The notes under the pieces were generated by a model. It ran no database searches. It saw nothing but the letters and a program-made list of their open reading frames with translations, and was not told the DNA's origin. The position numbers and the translations under genes are program-made. A stretch of 64,000 nt of DNA. Source: Gammaproteobacteria bacterium. Lineage in GTDB: Bacteria > Pseudomonadota > Gammaproteobacteria > Eutrophobiales > Eutrophobiaceae. Where the stretch lies: contig OZ220696.1 of assembly GCA_965116495.1 (NCBI GenBank), positions 3,456,001-3,520,000 on the forward strand. The letters run 5' to 3'. Of the stretch, positions 40,764 to 51,016 are shown piece after piece (position 1 is the first letter of the stretch; every line of letters starts with the position of its first letter).

Positions 40764-42098
40764 ATGTCCGAGGCCGGCATCAGGCAACTTATCGACGAGA
40801 AACCCATCAGCGGCCTGCAGTTACGGGTCGTCTTCGGCTGTTTCGCCCTGAACATGCTGGACGGGTTCGACGTCCTGGCCATTGCCTTCACCGCACCCAC
40901 CATCTCCCAGGAATGGCAGTTGACGCCTTACCTGCTTGGTATCATTTTCAGCGCGGGCCTCATCGGCATGACCCTGGGGGCGGCGTTTATTGCCCCGTAT
41001 ACCGACGTCATCGGCCGGCGCGCAATGATATTGTTGTCCCTGGTTGCGATAGGCGCCAGCATGGCCCTGACCGGCATGACCACAAATGCTACACAGATAA
41101 TCATCATGCGCATCATCACAGGTCTGGGCATCGGCAGTATTCTTGCCAGTCTCACCAGCCTGGTTGCCGAATACACCCCGGCCAGGAAGCGCAGCCTGAT
41201 GGTGGGCTTCATGCAGGTGGGCTATCCCCTGGGCGCCACTGCCGGCGGGTTTGCCGCGGTCTGGTTGATCCAGCTGTTCGGTTGGCAGGCGGTATTTTAT
41301 TGCGGCAGCCTGTTGTCGTTTGCCGCGGTCGTCTTTACTTATTTTTTTCTGCCTGAATCCATGGAATTTCTTTCCTCCCGGCAACCCGCAGGCGCCCTGG
41401 ACAAGATCAACCGGATCCTGGCCCGCATGGGCTGGCAACAGTTACAAGCTATGCCGGCGGCGCCACCTTCCGTGGAAAAGCCTTCGGTCAGGAGTATATT
41501 GACACCGGACTATCGCACTTGGACCTTGTTGCTCTGGTGTGGTTTTTTCATGTCGTTCCTGACCCTGTATTTCCTGTTCAGCTGGATTCCCAAGATTACC
41601 GTGGATGCCGGGCTGCCGGTGGATAAGGGAATTTACATCGGCACCGCGCTGAATTTCGGTGCGTTCATCGGCGGTACCTCGCTGGGTTACCTGTCCGACC
41701 GGTTCGGGGTACGTCCCTTGATCATCTTGTTTTTTAGCGCCGGCGTCGTCTTCATGACGATATTCGGATTTTCGCCGGCTGAAGTGGAGTTATTACTGGT
41801 ACTGGCCTTCCTGATAGGCTTCTGCGTACTGGGCGGCTTTGTCGGGTTTTATATCTCAGCCGCGTGCCTGTACCATACGGAGATTCGCACGACCGGCGTA
41901 GGCTGGAGCATCGGCGCCGGACGCACCGGCGCGATCATAGGCCCTTACCTGGGGGGCGTGTTTATCGGCATGGGTTTCTCGACGAGCGTGAATTTCATCA
42001 TCTTCGCCATCCCGCTGGTCCTGGCTTGCGTTGTTATATACCTGTTACGGGCGCCCCAACTGGAGCCGGGGGGGGATCAATTACGAATTAGGAATTAG
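40764..42098 (+). CDS. Aromatic acid:H+ symporter (PcaK/BenK-like MFS)
   Basis: LDGFDV, DVIGRR, AEYTP..R, LPES and R.TGVGW..G.GR motifs. Confidence 0.88.
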   Translation: MSEAGIRQLIDEKPISGLQLRVVFGCFALNMLDGFDVLAIAFTAPTISQEWQLTPYLLGIIFSAGLIGMTLGAAFIAPYTDVIGRRAMILLSLVAIGASMALTGMTTNATQIIIMRIITGLGIGSILASLTSLVAEYTPARKRSLMVGFMQVGYPLGATAGGFAAVWLIQLFGWQAVFYCGSLLSFAAVVFTYFFLPESMEFLSSRQPAGALDKINRILARMGWQQLQAMPAAPPSVEKPSVRSILTPDYRTWTLLLWCGFFMSFLTLYFLFSWIPKITVDAGLPVDKGIYIGTALNFGAFIGGTSLGYLSDRFGVRPLIILFFSAGVVFMTIFGFSPAEVELLLVLAFLIGFCVLGGFVGFYISAACLYHTEIRTTGVGWSIGAGRTGAIIGPYLGGVFIGMGFSTSVNFIIFAIPLVLACVVIYLLRAPQLEPGGDQLRIRN

Positions 42099-42226
42099 GA
42101 ATTAGAAACTGGAGGTGTTGCGTCCCCATCCAGCTTGATCTGGTTTGCGGAGACCTGTACATCATAAAAAAACTGCAGCCGTTGGCGTCACATTCATTCC
42201 TAATTCCTAATTCCTAATTCGTAATT
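42079..42226. repeat. Inverted heptamer tandem repeat (GAATTAG)n / (CTAATTC)n between convergent genes
   Basis: 27-bp perfect inverted repeat, 42079-42105 against 42200-42226. Confidence 0.85.
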
Positions 42227-42234
42227 CTCAATTC

Positions 42235-43071
42235 TCAATTCTCCTCTATCGTGTTTGACAGCGTCCCTATCCCTTCCAGCTCCACCTCGACCCTGTCACC
42301 CGGGAACATGTAGAGCGGCGGCTTGCGTTTATAGCCGACCCCGCCGGGTGTGCCGGAAGCGATGATGTCGCCGGACTCCAGGGTGGTGAACGTGGACAGG
42401 TAGGCCAGCAGTACGGGTATGGGGAACAGCATCAGGTCCGTTGTCGTGCTTTGCACCGTTGCGCCGTTCAGACGGGTCTCAAGCCGGAAACCGGCATTGG
42501 GGTCGGGTATTTCCCCGGCCGGGATCATCCAGGGGCCGCAGGCGCCGGTGCCGTCAAAGTTCTTGCCCGGGATGTACTGGGTTGTATGGTTCTGGTAATC
42601 ACGAATCGAGCCGTCCATGAAACAACTGTAGCCGGCGATGTGGTCCAGCGCCTGTTCGGGACGGATGCGCCGGCCCGGCCTGCCGATAATGATGGCCAGT
42701 TCGCCTTCGTAATCGAAATTGTCGCTTTCCCCGGGTTTGAGCAGGGCCTGGCCATGACCTGAGACCGAGGCCGGGAAGCGAGTAAAGATAAGCGGGTATG
42801 TTGTCTTCGCCCCGCCCATTTCAGCCCGGTGCGCGGCGTAATTCTGGCCGATGCAGAGGATACGGGACGGGTCCGGGATGGGCGGCAGGAAGGTAATTTC
42901 GTCCGACGCCACTGTTTTGCCCGTTGCCGCGGCGCCGGCGCAAGCCGCCAGGTTCTGCTTGCGGATAGCGGCTTTCAGGGAGGGTTCACAATGAGTCAGG
43001 TCCGCAATGACCCCGCCGTCCTCCAGGCCCCAGCCCGGTTTGTTATCGTGCAGGTAAGAGACGAAACGCAT
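42235..43071 (-). CDS. Fumarylacetoacetate hydrolase family protein
   Basis: CIGQNY..H, DYEGEL, GKNFD and GTPGGVG motifs. Confidence 0.9.
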   Translation of the reverse strand: MRFVSYLHDNKPGWGLEDGGVIADLTHCEPSLKAAIRKQNLAACAGAAATGKTVASDEITFLPPIPDPSRILCIGQNYAAHRAEMGGAKTTYPLIFTRFPASVSGHGQALLKPGESDNFDYEGELAIIIGRPGRRIRPEQALDHIAGYSCFMDGSIRDYQNHTTQYIPGKNFDGTGACGPWMIPAGEIPDPNAGFRLETRLNGATVQSTTTDLMLFPIPVLLAYLSTFTTLESGDIIASGTPGGVGYKRKPPLYMFPGDRVEVELEGIGTLSNTIEEN

Positions 43072-43072
43072 G

Positions 43073-44080
43073 TCAGCTTTCATTCCTGACGGTTCGAAAG
43101 CCGATATGCGCCGCACCCAGCGTGGTTTCCTGCGGATGCCTGGCGGCCGGCCGGTAACGCCGGCAATAATTTTCCGCACATAAATAGGATCCGCCCTTGA
43201 TTACCTTGACCGGCACTCCGGGCTGGCGCGGGTCATGGCCTGTCGCGCCGGCGGGCGCCCGCTGCGAGTTCACCGGGAAATACCAGTCGTCAACCCACTC
43301 CCACACATTGCCGATCATATCGTACAGGTCGAAACCGTTGGCGGGGAAACAGCCTACCGGGGCGCTAGCGGGGAAATTGTCTTCATTGTCATTCATTACC
43401 GGGAATACCCCTTGCCAGGTATTGGCCTGGTGCTTTCCGTCGACCAGGTATTCGCTGCCCCAGGCAAAAGGGGCATTGTCCAGGCCGCCCCGGGCCGCGA
43501 ATTCCCACTGCGCCTCCGTCGGCAGGTCATGTCCCAGCCAGTCTGCAAAAGCCCGGGCGTCCTGGTAGGTGATATGCACGACGGGATGATCATCCCTGCC
43601 TTCGATTGAACTGCCGGGCCCGTCCGGTTCGCGCCAGCTTGCCCCGGGGACGAAGCGCCACCACTGGGTCAGCCTGCCGGCTGGGCCCGTGGGCATGGTA
43701 AATACGACGGAGCCGGGTTGCAGCAGGGCAGGGTCGATGTCCGGAAAGTCGTCCGGGTCCGGCCGGCGTTCCGCCACGGTGACGTAACCGGTCGCGCGCA
43801 CGAACTCGCCGAACCTCGCGTTGGTCACTTCATACCTGTCTATCCAGAAGCCGCCGACCTCCATTTCCTGCGGCGGTCCTTCTTCGGGATAAAACTCTGC
43901 CGCGCCCTTGGTGAAGCTGCCGCCTTCGATCCAGACCATATCGTCCTGTCCTGCCGGTTCGCTGCAGCCTGCCTGAGAGTGAGGCGCGTCACTCACTGTT
44001 TGTCTGCCGTCCATGGCTGCAAAATACCCTAGGACCGCAACGATTACCAGGACGAGTACGATGAGCAGGAATTTCTTCAT
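43073..44080 (-). CDS. Formylglycine-generating enzyme (SUMF1/FGE)
   Basis: LPTEAQWEFAARGG, GNVWEW and KGGSYLCAENYCRRYR motifs. Confidence 0.9.
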   Translation of the reverse strand: MKKFLLIVLVLVIVAVLGYFAAMDGRQTVSDAPHSQAGCSEPAGQDDMVWIEGGSFTKGAAEFYPEEGPPQEMEVGGFWIDRYEVTNARFGEFVRATGYVTVAERRPDPDDFPDIDPALLQPGSVVFTMPTGPAGRLTQWWRFVPGASWREPDGPGSSIEGRDDHPVVHITYQDARAFADWLGHDLPTEAQWEFAARGGLDNAPFAWGSEYLVDGKHQANTWQGVFPVMNDNEDNFPASAPVGCFPANGFDLYDMIGNVWEWVDDWYFPVNSQRAPAGATGHDPRQPGVPVKVIKGGSYLCAENYCRRYRPAARHPQETTLGAAHIGFRTVRNES

Positions 44081-44183
44081 CAGGCCATATTACCACTATT
44101 CAGTTTGTAACCGGCGTCCGTCGATAATATAATCCCGGCGGCATATTCTCATCGTCATACTCAGGAAGGAAAGACCCGCCGAC

Positions 44184-45065
44184 ATGCCGTATAAACTCGT
44201 CTTACTGGAAACGGCCAGGAAGCTTGCCGAACAACACGATTTTGACGGGGCATCCCTGAGAGAGGCCATTCCTTACCTGGAGGCCTTCCAGGGAAAGAAG
44301 TTCGTTCTCAAGATCGGCGGTTCGGTATTGCAGGATGAACGCCTGATACCGCGACTGGTCAGTGATGTCATCTTTCTGAAGCGCCTGGATATCAATGTGA
44401 TTCTCGTCCACGGCGGCGCCCGGCAACTGGACCGGCGCATGCAATCACTAGGGATGGAGCCGAGCAAGACGGACGGACTCAGGGTGACTTCCCTTGAAGT
44501 CCTGGAACTGGCGAACGAGGTCTTCCTGGATATCAGTTATAAAATCAGGGACGCGGTCGCCAACCGGGGCTACCGGGGCACCATATTCGACCGTTCCAGC
44601 GGCCTGGTCTGTTCCAGACGGAAACATGCCGACCTGGGTTACGTCGGCGAACCGGTGCGCGTGAATACGCCTTTGCTCGAGCAACTGCCGGCAGAAGCTG
44701 TCCCCATCGTTACGGCGATTACCTCAGGCGAGGAATCTCGGGAGCCCGGTTACAACGTCAATGCCGATGAAGTGGCCAGCGCCATCGCCCGGGAGATCAA
44801 GGCGGAAAAACTGATCCTGATGACCGATGAGGACGGGGTGAAGGACGGCCGCGGCGACTTGTTGCCGTCGCTCACGCAGCAACAGGCGGAAGCCCTTATC
44901 AAATCAGGGGTAATTCATGGCGGAATGATTCCCAAGGTGCAAGCCTGCCTGGAACCGCTGCAACACGGAGTCGGAAAGTCTCATATCATCAAGGGAGACG
45001 TCGATTCCTTTATCAACGAGATACTGACCGATGCCGGCGTCGGCACGGAATTCGTCCGCGAATAG
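44184..45065 (+). CDS. argB: Acetylglutamate kinase
   Basis: LKIGGS, VHGG, GLRVT, NVNAD and GGMIPKV motifs. Confidence 0.9.
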   Translation: MPYKLVLLETARKLAEQHDFDGASLREAIPYLEAFQGKKFVLKIGGSVLQDERLIPRLVSDVIFLKRLDINVILVHGGARQLDRRMQSLGMEPSKTDGLRVTSLEVLELANEVFLDISYKIRDAVANRGYRGTIFDRSSGLVCSRRKHADLGYVGEPVRVNTPLLEQLPAEAVPIVTAITSGEESREPGYNVNADEVASAIAREIKAEKLILMTDEDGVKDGRGDLLPSLTQQQAEALIKSGVIHGGMIPKVQACLEPLQHGVGKSHIIKGDVDSFINEILTDAGVGTEFVRE

Positions 45066-45122
45066 CTGAAAATCGGACTCCCTGTCATGCAGAGAACGCG
45101 CTGAGACTTAATCAGGGGTTCC

Positions 45123-45962
45123 TCAAGTAATTGCATCCGGCGGATAATCAGCCGGGTCGAACTGGGGTTCGGGGAAGCGGGGGTTCATGTCTTCAAGGTT
45201 GTCGACCAGCAGTTGGCTGATTACCAGGTTGCGAAACCAGCGGTTTTCCGAGGGGATAACATACCAGGGCGCATAAGCAGTGGAACAGCGCCGCAGCGCG
45301 AGATTATAGGCTTCCATGTAGTCATCCCAGCGTTCCCGGTCGCGCAGGTCCTCCGGGAAGAATTTCCAGTGCTTGTCAGGGCGCCGCAGCCGCCGTTTCA
45401 AGCGTTTCAACTGGTAGTCTTTTGAAATGTGCAGCATGATCTTGACGATACGGGTGCCGTGGTCGCTGAGCATCCTTTCGAAGTCATTGATATGGCCGTA
45501 GCGTTTGTCGATAAGGTCGAGCGGCGCCAGGTTATGGACGCGCGCGATCAACACATCCTCGTAATGGGAGCGGTTGAATACGCCGATACCGCCTTTGCGG
45601 GGCGCGTGCGAGTGTACACGCCAGAGAAAATCCCGCGCCCGTTCCGCGCTGCTGGGTGACTTGAAGTTCGTTACCCGGCAGGCCATGGGGTTCAGCGGCG
45701 CCATGACGTGGCGGATGACGCTGTCCTTGCCGGCGGTATCCATGGCCTGCAGCACCAGCAGCAGGGACTGTTTTGACTCGGCAAACAGGCGTTGTTGCAA
45801 CTCGTCCAATTGCGCCTGGACCTGTGCCAGTTGTTCACCCACTACCAGTTTGTCGCGCTCTTTTTCCAGTCCCTGGGTGTCCCGGGGGTCGATATTGTCG
45901 AGCGAAAACGAGCCTTTTGTCGGCACGCGGTATTTTTTGTAATCCAATGAGAACCAGGCCAT
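45123..45962 (-). CDS. ppk2: Polyphosphate kinase 2 family (class III-like)
   Basis: QAMDTAGKD, FNRSHYEDV and PWYVIP motifs. Confidence 0.9.
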   Translation of the reverse strand: MAWFSLDYKKYRVPTKGSFSLDNIDPRDTQGLEKERDKLVVGEQLAQVQAQLDELQQRLFAESKQSLLLVLQAMDTAGKDSVIRHVMAPLNPMACRVTNFKSPSSAERARDFLWRVHSHAPRKGGIGVFNRSHYEDVLIARVHNLAPLDLIDKRYGHINDFERMLSDHGTRIVKIMLHISKDYQLKRLKRRLRRPDKHWKFFPEDLRDRERWDDYMEAYNLALRRCSTAYAPWYVIPSENRWFRNLVISQLLVDNLEDMNPRFPEPQFDPADYPPDAIT

Positions 45963-46163
45963 GTATCCCTCCCGGGATGTGATTTTTAAAGCGCCAATAC
46001 GATAACATTAAAGCGGTCGGATAACGAGACGAATGCTATGATTGCATGCTGATTGCTCGTTGAAAAGTGCGCTTATCTCCCTTAGTATCTGTGGGAAAGA
46101 ATAAATATCCCGAAAAAGTCTGAAATTAACGACCTTCCTGCCGATGGAAGTAGACGCCCTGAT

Positions 46164-46967
46164 ATGTTGAATGACGCACAGATCGCCAGAGCCGCCGCAG
46201 CCATCCACGCAGCGGAAACCAATCGCAGGCAGGCACGGGCAATAACCTTTGAACATCCTGACATGAGCCTTGATGATGCCTATCGCATCCAGGCGCAATG
46301 GATGGCAATCAAACAGTCTGAGGGGCGAGAAATAAGAGGATACAAGATCGGCCTGACTTCGCGTGCGATGCAGATGGCCATGCACATTGACGAACCGGAT
46401 TACGGCACCTTGCTGGATGACATGTTTTTTACAGACGGCGCCGTGATAGATGCCGGAAAATTTACCGATCCCAGGATAGAAGTCGAGTTGGCGTTTATCC
46501 TGAAGGACCGGTTGGCAGGTGAAAACGCGACCATCGCTGACGTGCTGGATGCAACGGATTACGTCGTGCCCGCCCTGGAACTGATCGCAGCCCGCACCTA
46601 CCGGGTCGATCCGGATAGCGGTTACGTGCGCAGGATACAGGACACCATTGCCGACAACGCTGCCGGCGCCGGCGTCATCATGGGAGAACAGCGCATTAAA
46701 CCCGGCAATATGGACCTGCGCTGGTGCGGCGCCCTGCTTTACCGCAACGGTGTGGTGGAAGAGACCGGCCTGGCCGCGGGTGTGCTGGATCATCCTGCCA
46801 ACGGGATAGCCTGGATCGCAAAACGCTTTACGCCCCACGGTATCGCGCTGGAACCCGGCCAGGTGCTGCTGTCCGGTTCGTTTACCCGGCCAGTCATCGC
46901 CAGCCCGGGTGATGTGTTCCGTGCCGATTACGGCAACCTGGGAAGTATCGATTGCCGCTTCACGTAA
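46164..46967 (+). CDS. hpaH: 2-oxo-hept-4-ene-1,7-dioate hydratase
   Basis: KIGLTSRAMQ, DTIADNAA and EETGLAAGVLDHPANG motifs. Confidence 0.92.
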   Translation: MLNDAQIARAAAAIHAAETNRRQARAITFEHPDMSLDDAYRIQAQWMAIKQSEGREIRGYKIGLTSRAMQMAMHIDEPDYGTLLDDMFFTDGAVIDAGKFTDPRIEVELAFILKDRLAGENATIADVLDATDYVVPALELIAARTYRVDPDSGYVRRIQDTIADNAAGAGVIMGEQRIKPGNMDLRWCGALLYRNGVVEETGLAAGVLDHPANGIAWIAKRFTPHGIALEPGQVLLSGSFTRPVIASPGDVFRADYGNLGSIDCRFT

Positions 46968-47048
46968 AAAAAGGGGACAGATTTATTTTTCGGAATAATG
47001 AGGCACATGTTAGTGTGATGGAGGAAACATAAATCTGTCCCCTTTTTT
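46967..47048. repeat. 20-bp inverted repeat (GGGGACAG family)
   Basis: AAAAAAGGGGACAGATTTAT / ATAAATCTGTCCCCTTTTTT. Confidence 0.8.
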
Positions 47049-47095
47049 GAATATCCGTTGTCATCTGTGGTAGACACTAAATATTAATCCAGGAG

Positions 47096-47884
47096 ATGAA
47101 AATGGAATTACCCATTAACCGCCTGAAACAGGCCCTGGCAGCCGGCCGCACGCAATACGGCCTGTGGCTGGGTTTGCCGGACACCACCTGCGCCGAGATC
47201 TGTGCCGGGGCTGGCTTTGACTGGCTGGTCATCGACGCGGAGCACGGTCCATTCGACCTGCCTGCGGTACTCAGCCATTTACAGGCCATCGCAGCCTACG
47301 ACGTTGCGGCCGCCGTGCGTCCGGTATCGGATGATCGCAATGTATTGAAACAACTCCTGGATACGGGCGCACAGACCCTGGTGGTGCCGATGGTCGAATC
47401 AGCCGAACAGGCGGCAGAACTGGTCCGGTCGGTGCGCTACCCGCCTGCCGGTGTGCGCGGTCTCGGTACATCCCTGGCAAGGGCGGCGCGCTGGGCCAGG
47501 ATACCCGGATACCTGCACAAGGCGAACGAGCAGATCTGCCTGTTCGTACAGGTTGAGACCCTGCGCGCGGTACAGGCGTTACCCGGCATACTGCAAGTCA
47601 GCGGTGTTGACGGCGTATTTATCGGACCGTCCGACTTGTCAGCTTCCATGGGGCATACCGGCAACGCCCGCCACCCGGACGTCGTCAAGGTGATCCGGGA
47701 TATCCTGCACAAGACCCGCGCGGCAGGCAAGGCAGCGGGCATACTCGTCCTTGACCCGGCCCAGGCACAGGAATACCGGGACTGCGGCGCCAACATGATC
47801 GGCATCGGCACGGATACCTTGCTGCTCGCCAACAGCGCGCAGCGTCTTGCCGGCAGCGTCAGAGATGAAAAAGATCAGGATTAA
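47096..47884 (+). CDS. hpaI: 4-hydroxy-2-oxoheptanedioate aldolase
   Basis: GFDWLVIDAEHGP, QVET and FIGPSDLSASMG motifs. Confidence 0.9.
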   Translation: MKMELPINRLKQALAAGRTQYGLWLGLPDTTCAEICAGAGFDWLVIDAEHGPFDLPAVLSHLQAIAAYDVAAAVRPVSDDRNVLKQLLDTGAQTLVVPMVESAEQAAELVRSVRYPPAGVRGLGTSLARAARWARIPGYLHKANEQICLFVQVETLRAVQALPGILQVSGVDGVFIGPSDLSASMGHTGNARHPDVVKVIRDILHKTRAAGKAAGILVLDPAQAQEYRDCGANMIGIGTDTLLLANSAQRLAGSVRDEKDQD

Positions 47885-48635
47885 TACCGATGGAACGTTG
47901 CGGGTGGCTACAGTCGATGAGCGGGCCTGTCTCCACCTGGACGGCAGGACAATGGCGCTGGCAGAGACCAGGTTGCTGCCCGTTACCGATCAACCGGTCA
48001 TCTGCGTCGCGCTGAATTACGCTGATCATTACGCCCGACTCGAACACACATTTCATCAACCTCCGCACCAACAGCCGCCGCGCCAACCCGTATTTTTCAT
48101 CAAACCCCCGAATACGCTGGCGGGACACTTGAGTGACGTGCCGTACCCGGACGCCGTTGACCATATATACACCGGTGCGGGCCTGGCTTTCGTGATCGGC
48201 CGGCGGGCTTCCCGGGTCGACCGGGAGCAGGGGTTGGACTATGTCAGCGGCTATACCATCTTCAATGATTTCAGCCTTGCCGAGGAAAGCTACCTGAGGC
48301 CGCCCATCGCCGGCAAGTGCCATGACGGCTTCGGTCCGGCAGGGCCCTATATCGTTGACCGGGGCGAAATCACCGATCCCCATAACCTCACGATCTCGAC
48401 ATATGTGAACGGAGAACCGCGGCAAACTGCCAGTACGGCGGACCTGAGGGTCCCCATCCCCGCCATCATCGAGTCCCTGACCGAATTTATGACTCTGTCC
48501 CAGGGCATGGTGGTCGTGAGCGGTTTTCCCGACGGGCGGGTTGCGGTGAAGCCGGGGGATGAGGTCAGGGTCGAGATAGAACAGATTGGTTCGTTGGTGA
48601 ATCATGTTGTAGCAGCAACGGAATTTTACTCCTGA
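47865..48635 (+). CDS. hpaG: HpaG isomerase/decarboxylase, N-terminal-type subunit
   Basis: FAH fold; PVFFIKPPNT and RPPIAGKCHDGF motifs. Confidence 0.8.
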   Translation: MKKIRINTDGTLRVATVDERACLHLDGRTMALAETRLLPVTDQPVICVALNYADHYARLEHTFHQPPHQQPPRQPVFFIKPPNTLAGHLSDVPYPDAVDHIYTGAGLAFVIGRRASRVDREQGLDYVSGYTIFNDFSLAEESYLRPPIAGKCHDGFGPAGPYIVDRGEITDPHNLTISTYVNGEPRQTASTADLRVPIPAIIESLTEFMTLSQGMVVVSGFPDGRVAVKPGDEVRVEIEQIGSLVNHVVAATEFYS

Positions 48636-48686
48636 CACGGTCCAAACCCATCCATAGCTATGTGGCCCCCATGATTTGAATATAAG

Positions 48687-49469
48687 ATGAAAACGGCAAG
48701 AGTGAAAATTGATAACCGGGTAGAGTTGGTGGGCGTGAACGACGATTACAGCGTTGTCGGCGCGGACGGCAGGACCTGGCAGGAGGATGAAGTGACGTGG
48801 CTGCCGCCGCAGCACGGTACCGTGTTCGCGCTGGGATTGAATTACGCCGACCATGCGTCCGAACTGGCATTCAAGGCGCCCAAGGAGCCCCTGGTTTTTT
48901 TGAAAACGCCCAATACGTTTGTCGGGCACAGGCAGCGCAGCTACCGGCCCGACCATGTCGATTACATGCACTACGAGGCGGAACTGGTCGCCGTGATCGG
49001 GACCACGGCGCGTAAGGTGAGACAGCAGGATGCCATGGATTACGTGGCCGGTTATACCCTGTGCAACGATTACGCGGTGCGGGATTACCTGGAAAACTAT
49101 TACCGGCCGAACCTGCGGGTCAAGTGCCGGGATTCATTGTCCCCGTTAGGGCCGTATGTCATTGGCCGGGACGACATTGGCGACCCCCACGATTTGAGGC
49201 TCCGCACCCGGGTCAACGGGGAGGTGCGGCAGGAAGGGACGACTGCCGACATGTTATTCAGGATCCCTTTTTTAATCGAATACCTGTCCGCATTCATGAC
49301 CCTGCAAGCGGGGGACATGATATCGACCGGCACGCCGAAAGGACTCGCGGACGTGCAACCGGGAGATGAGGTGGTGATTGAAGTTGAACAAGTGGGTCGT
49401 TTGATCAATTATGTGGTCAGCGAGCGGGAGTATTTCAGTGGCCAGGGATCAGGGGCTGGGGATTATTGA
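48687..49469 (+). CDS. hpaG: HpaG isomerase/decarboxylase, C-terminal-type subunit
   Basis: LGLNYADH, MHYEAEL and DYLENYYRPNLRVK motifs. Confidence 0.88.
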   Translation: MKTARVKIDNRVELVGVNDDYSVVGADGRTWQEDEVTWLPPQHGTVFALGLNYADHASELAFKAPKEPLVFLKTPNTFVGHRQRSYRPDHVDYMHYEAELVAVIGTTARKVRQQDAMDYVAGYTLCNDYAVRDYLENYYRPNLRVKCRDSLSPLGPYVIGRDDIGDPHDLRLRTRVNGEVRQEGTTADMLFRIPFLIEYLSAFMTLQAGDMISTGTPKGLADVQPGDEVVIEVEQVGRLINYVVSEREYFSGQGSGAGDY

Positions 49470-49492
49470 AAACTGGGTAACTGTAAGAATTG

Positions 49493-51013
49493 ATGACCAG
49501 ACAATTAGAAGAAAACCTGAAAAAGGCCGAAGGCTATTTACAGCGCTTCAGGGAGAACGTCAGCGCGCACTATATTAACGGAGAAGCATGTCCGGCCGTT
49601 TCCAGTGAGACTTTTGAGAACCTGACGCCGGCGGATAATACCTCGCTCGGACTCGTTGCCGCAGGTTCGGCTGCCGATGTCGACCACGCCTGCCGGGCTG
49701 CCCAGGAAGCCTTTCCCGGCTGGTCCCGTACCTCCGGGAAAGATCGCAGGAAAATCCTCAACCGCTTTGCCGGCCTGGTCGAACAGCGGGCCGAGGAGAT
49801 TGCCCTGGTGGAAAGCATGGACTGCGGCCAGCCGATCCGCTTCATGCGCGCGGCCGCGGCGCGCGGCGCCGATAACTTCCGTTTCTTCGCCGACAAGGCG
49901 CCGGAGGCCGGCAACGGCCTGTCATTGCACCAGGATGAACACCTTAATTACACGAAACGGACACCCATCGGGCCGGTAGGCGTGATCACGCCGTGGAATA
50001 CGCCGTTCATGTTGTCTACCTGGAAGATCGCGCCGGCCTTGGCCGCCGGGTGCACCGTGGTGCACAAGCCGGCGGAATTCAGCCCCCTGTCAGCCATGAT
50101 CCTGGCGGAAATAAGCAGCGAGGCCGGCTTGCCGGACGGGGTATGGAACACCGTCAACGGCTTCGGTGAGGTTGCCGGTAAAGCGTTGACCGAGCATCCT
50201 GCCATCAAGGCCATCGGGTTCGTGGGAGAAACGGTGACCGGAACCCACATCATGCGCCAGGCCGCGGCCACACTGAAAAGAATACACGTGGAACTGGGCG
50301 GCAAGAACCCTGTTATCGTATTTGACGACACAGATTTCGACCGGGCCCTGGATGCGGTCGTATTCATGATCTACAGCCTGAACGGTCAACGCTGTACCTC
50401 CAGCAGCCGCCTGCTGATACAACACGGTATCGCTGACCGGTTCCTGGCTGCGCTGGAACAGCGGGTTAACAGTATCAGGGTGGGTCACCCGCTGGATCCA
50501 GCCACCGAGATAGGGCCGCTGATCCATCCGAGCCACCTGGAAAAGGTGCTGGGTTACGTGGATGCGGCACGGCAGGAGCACGCGACGCTTGCCGCGGGGG
50601 GCGTATTGGTGAATGAACTCGGCCCCGGCAATTATCTCCGGCCCACCCTGTTTACCGGCGCAACCAGCGAGATGAAGATCGCGCGGGAAGAGATCTTCGG
50701 CCCGGTACTGACGGTGATCCCCTTTGCCACGGAACAGGACGCGGTAACCCTGGCCAATGATACCCCGTACGGTCTGGCAGGTTATGTCTGGACCGCTGAC
50801 TCCGGGCGCGGTATCCGCATGGCGGAGGCCCTGGAAGCGGGCATGGTCTGGGTGAATTCGGAGAATAACCGCAACCTACCGTCGCCATTCGGCGGGATGA
50901 AGCAGAGCGGGATCGGTCGGGATGGTGGTGACTACAGTTTTGATTTTTATATGGAAACCAAAAACATCTGTATCGCACATGGGACGCACAGGATTCCTGT
51001 GCTTGGTAGGTAG
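49493..51013 (+). CDS. hpaE: 5-carboxymethyl-2-hydroxymuconate semialdehyde dehydrogenase
   Basis: ITPWNTPFMLSTWK, ELGGKNP, NGQRC and EEIFGPV motifs; operon context. Confidence 0.92.
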   Translation: MTRQLEENLKKAEGYLQRFRENVSAHYINGEACPAVSSETFENLTPADNTSLGLVAAGSAADVDHACRAAQEAFPGWSRTSGKDRRKILNRFAGLVEQRAEEIALVESMDCGQPIRFMRAAAARGADNFRFFADKAPEAGNGLSLHQDEHLNYTKRTPIGPVGVITPWNTPFMLSTWKIAPALAAGCTVVHKPAEFSPLSAMILAEISSEAGLPDGVWNTVNGFGEVAGKALTEHPAIKAIGFVGETVTGTHIMRQAAATLKRIHVELGGKNPVIVFDDTDFDRALDAVVFMIYSLNGQRCTSSSRLLIQHGIADRFLAALEQRVNSIRVGHPLDPATEIGPLIHPSHLEKVLGYVDAARQEHATLAAGGVLVNELGPGNYLRPTLFTGATSEMKIAREEIFGPVLTVIPFATEQDAVTLANDTPYGLAGYVWTADSGRGIRMAEALEAGMVWVNSENNRNLPSPFGGMKQSGIGRDGGDYSFDFYMETKNICIAHGTHRIPVLGR

Positions 51014-51016
51014 GGT

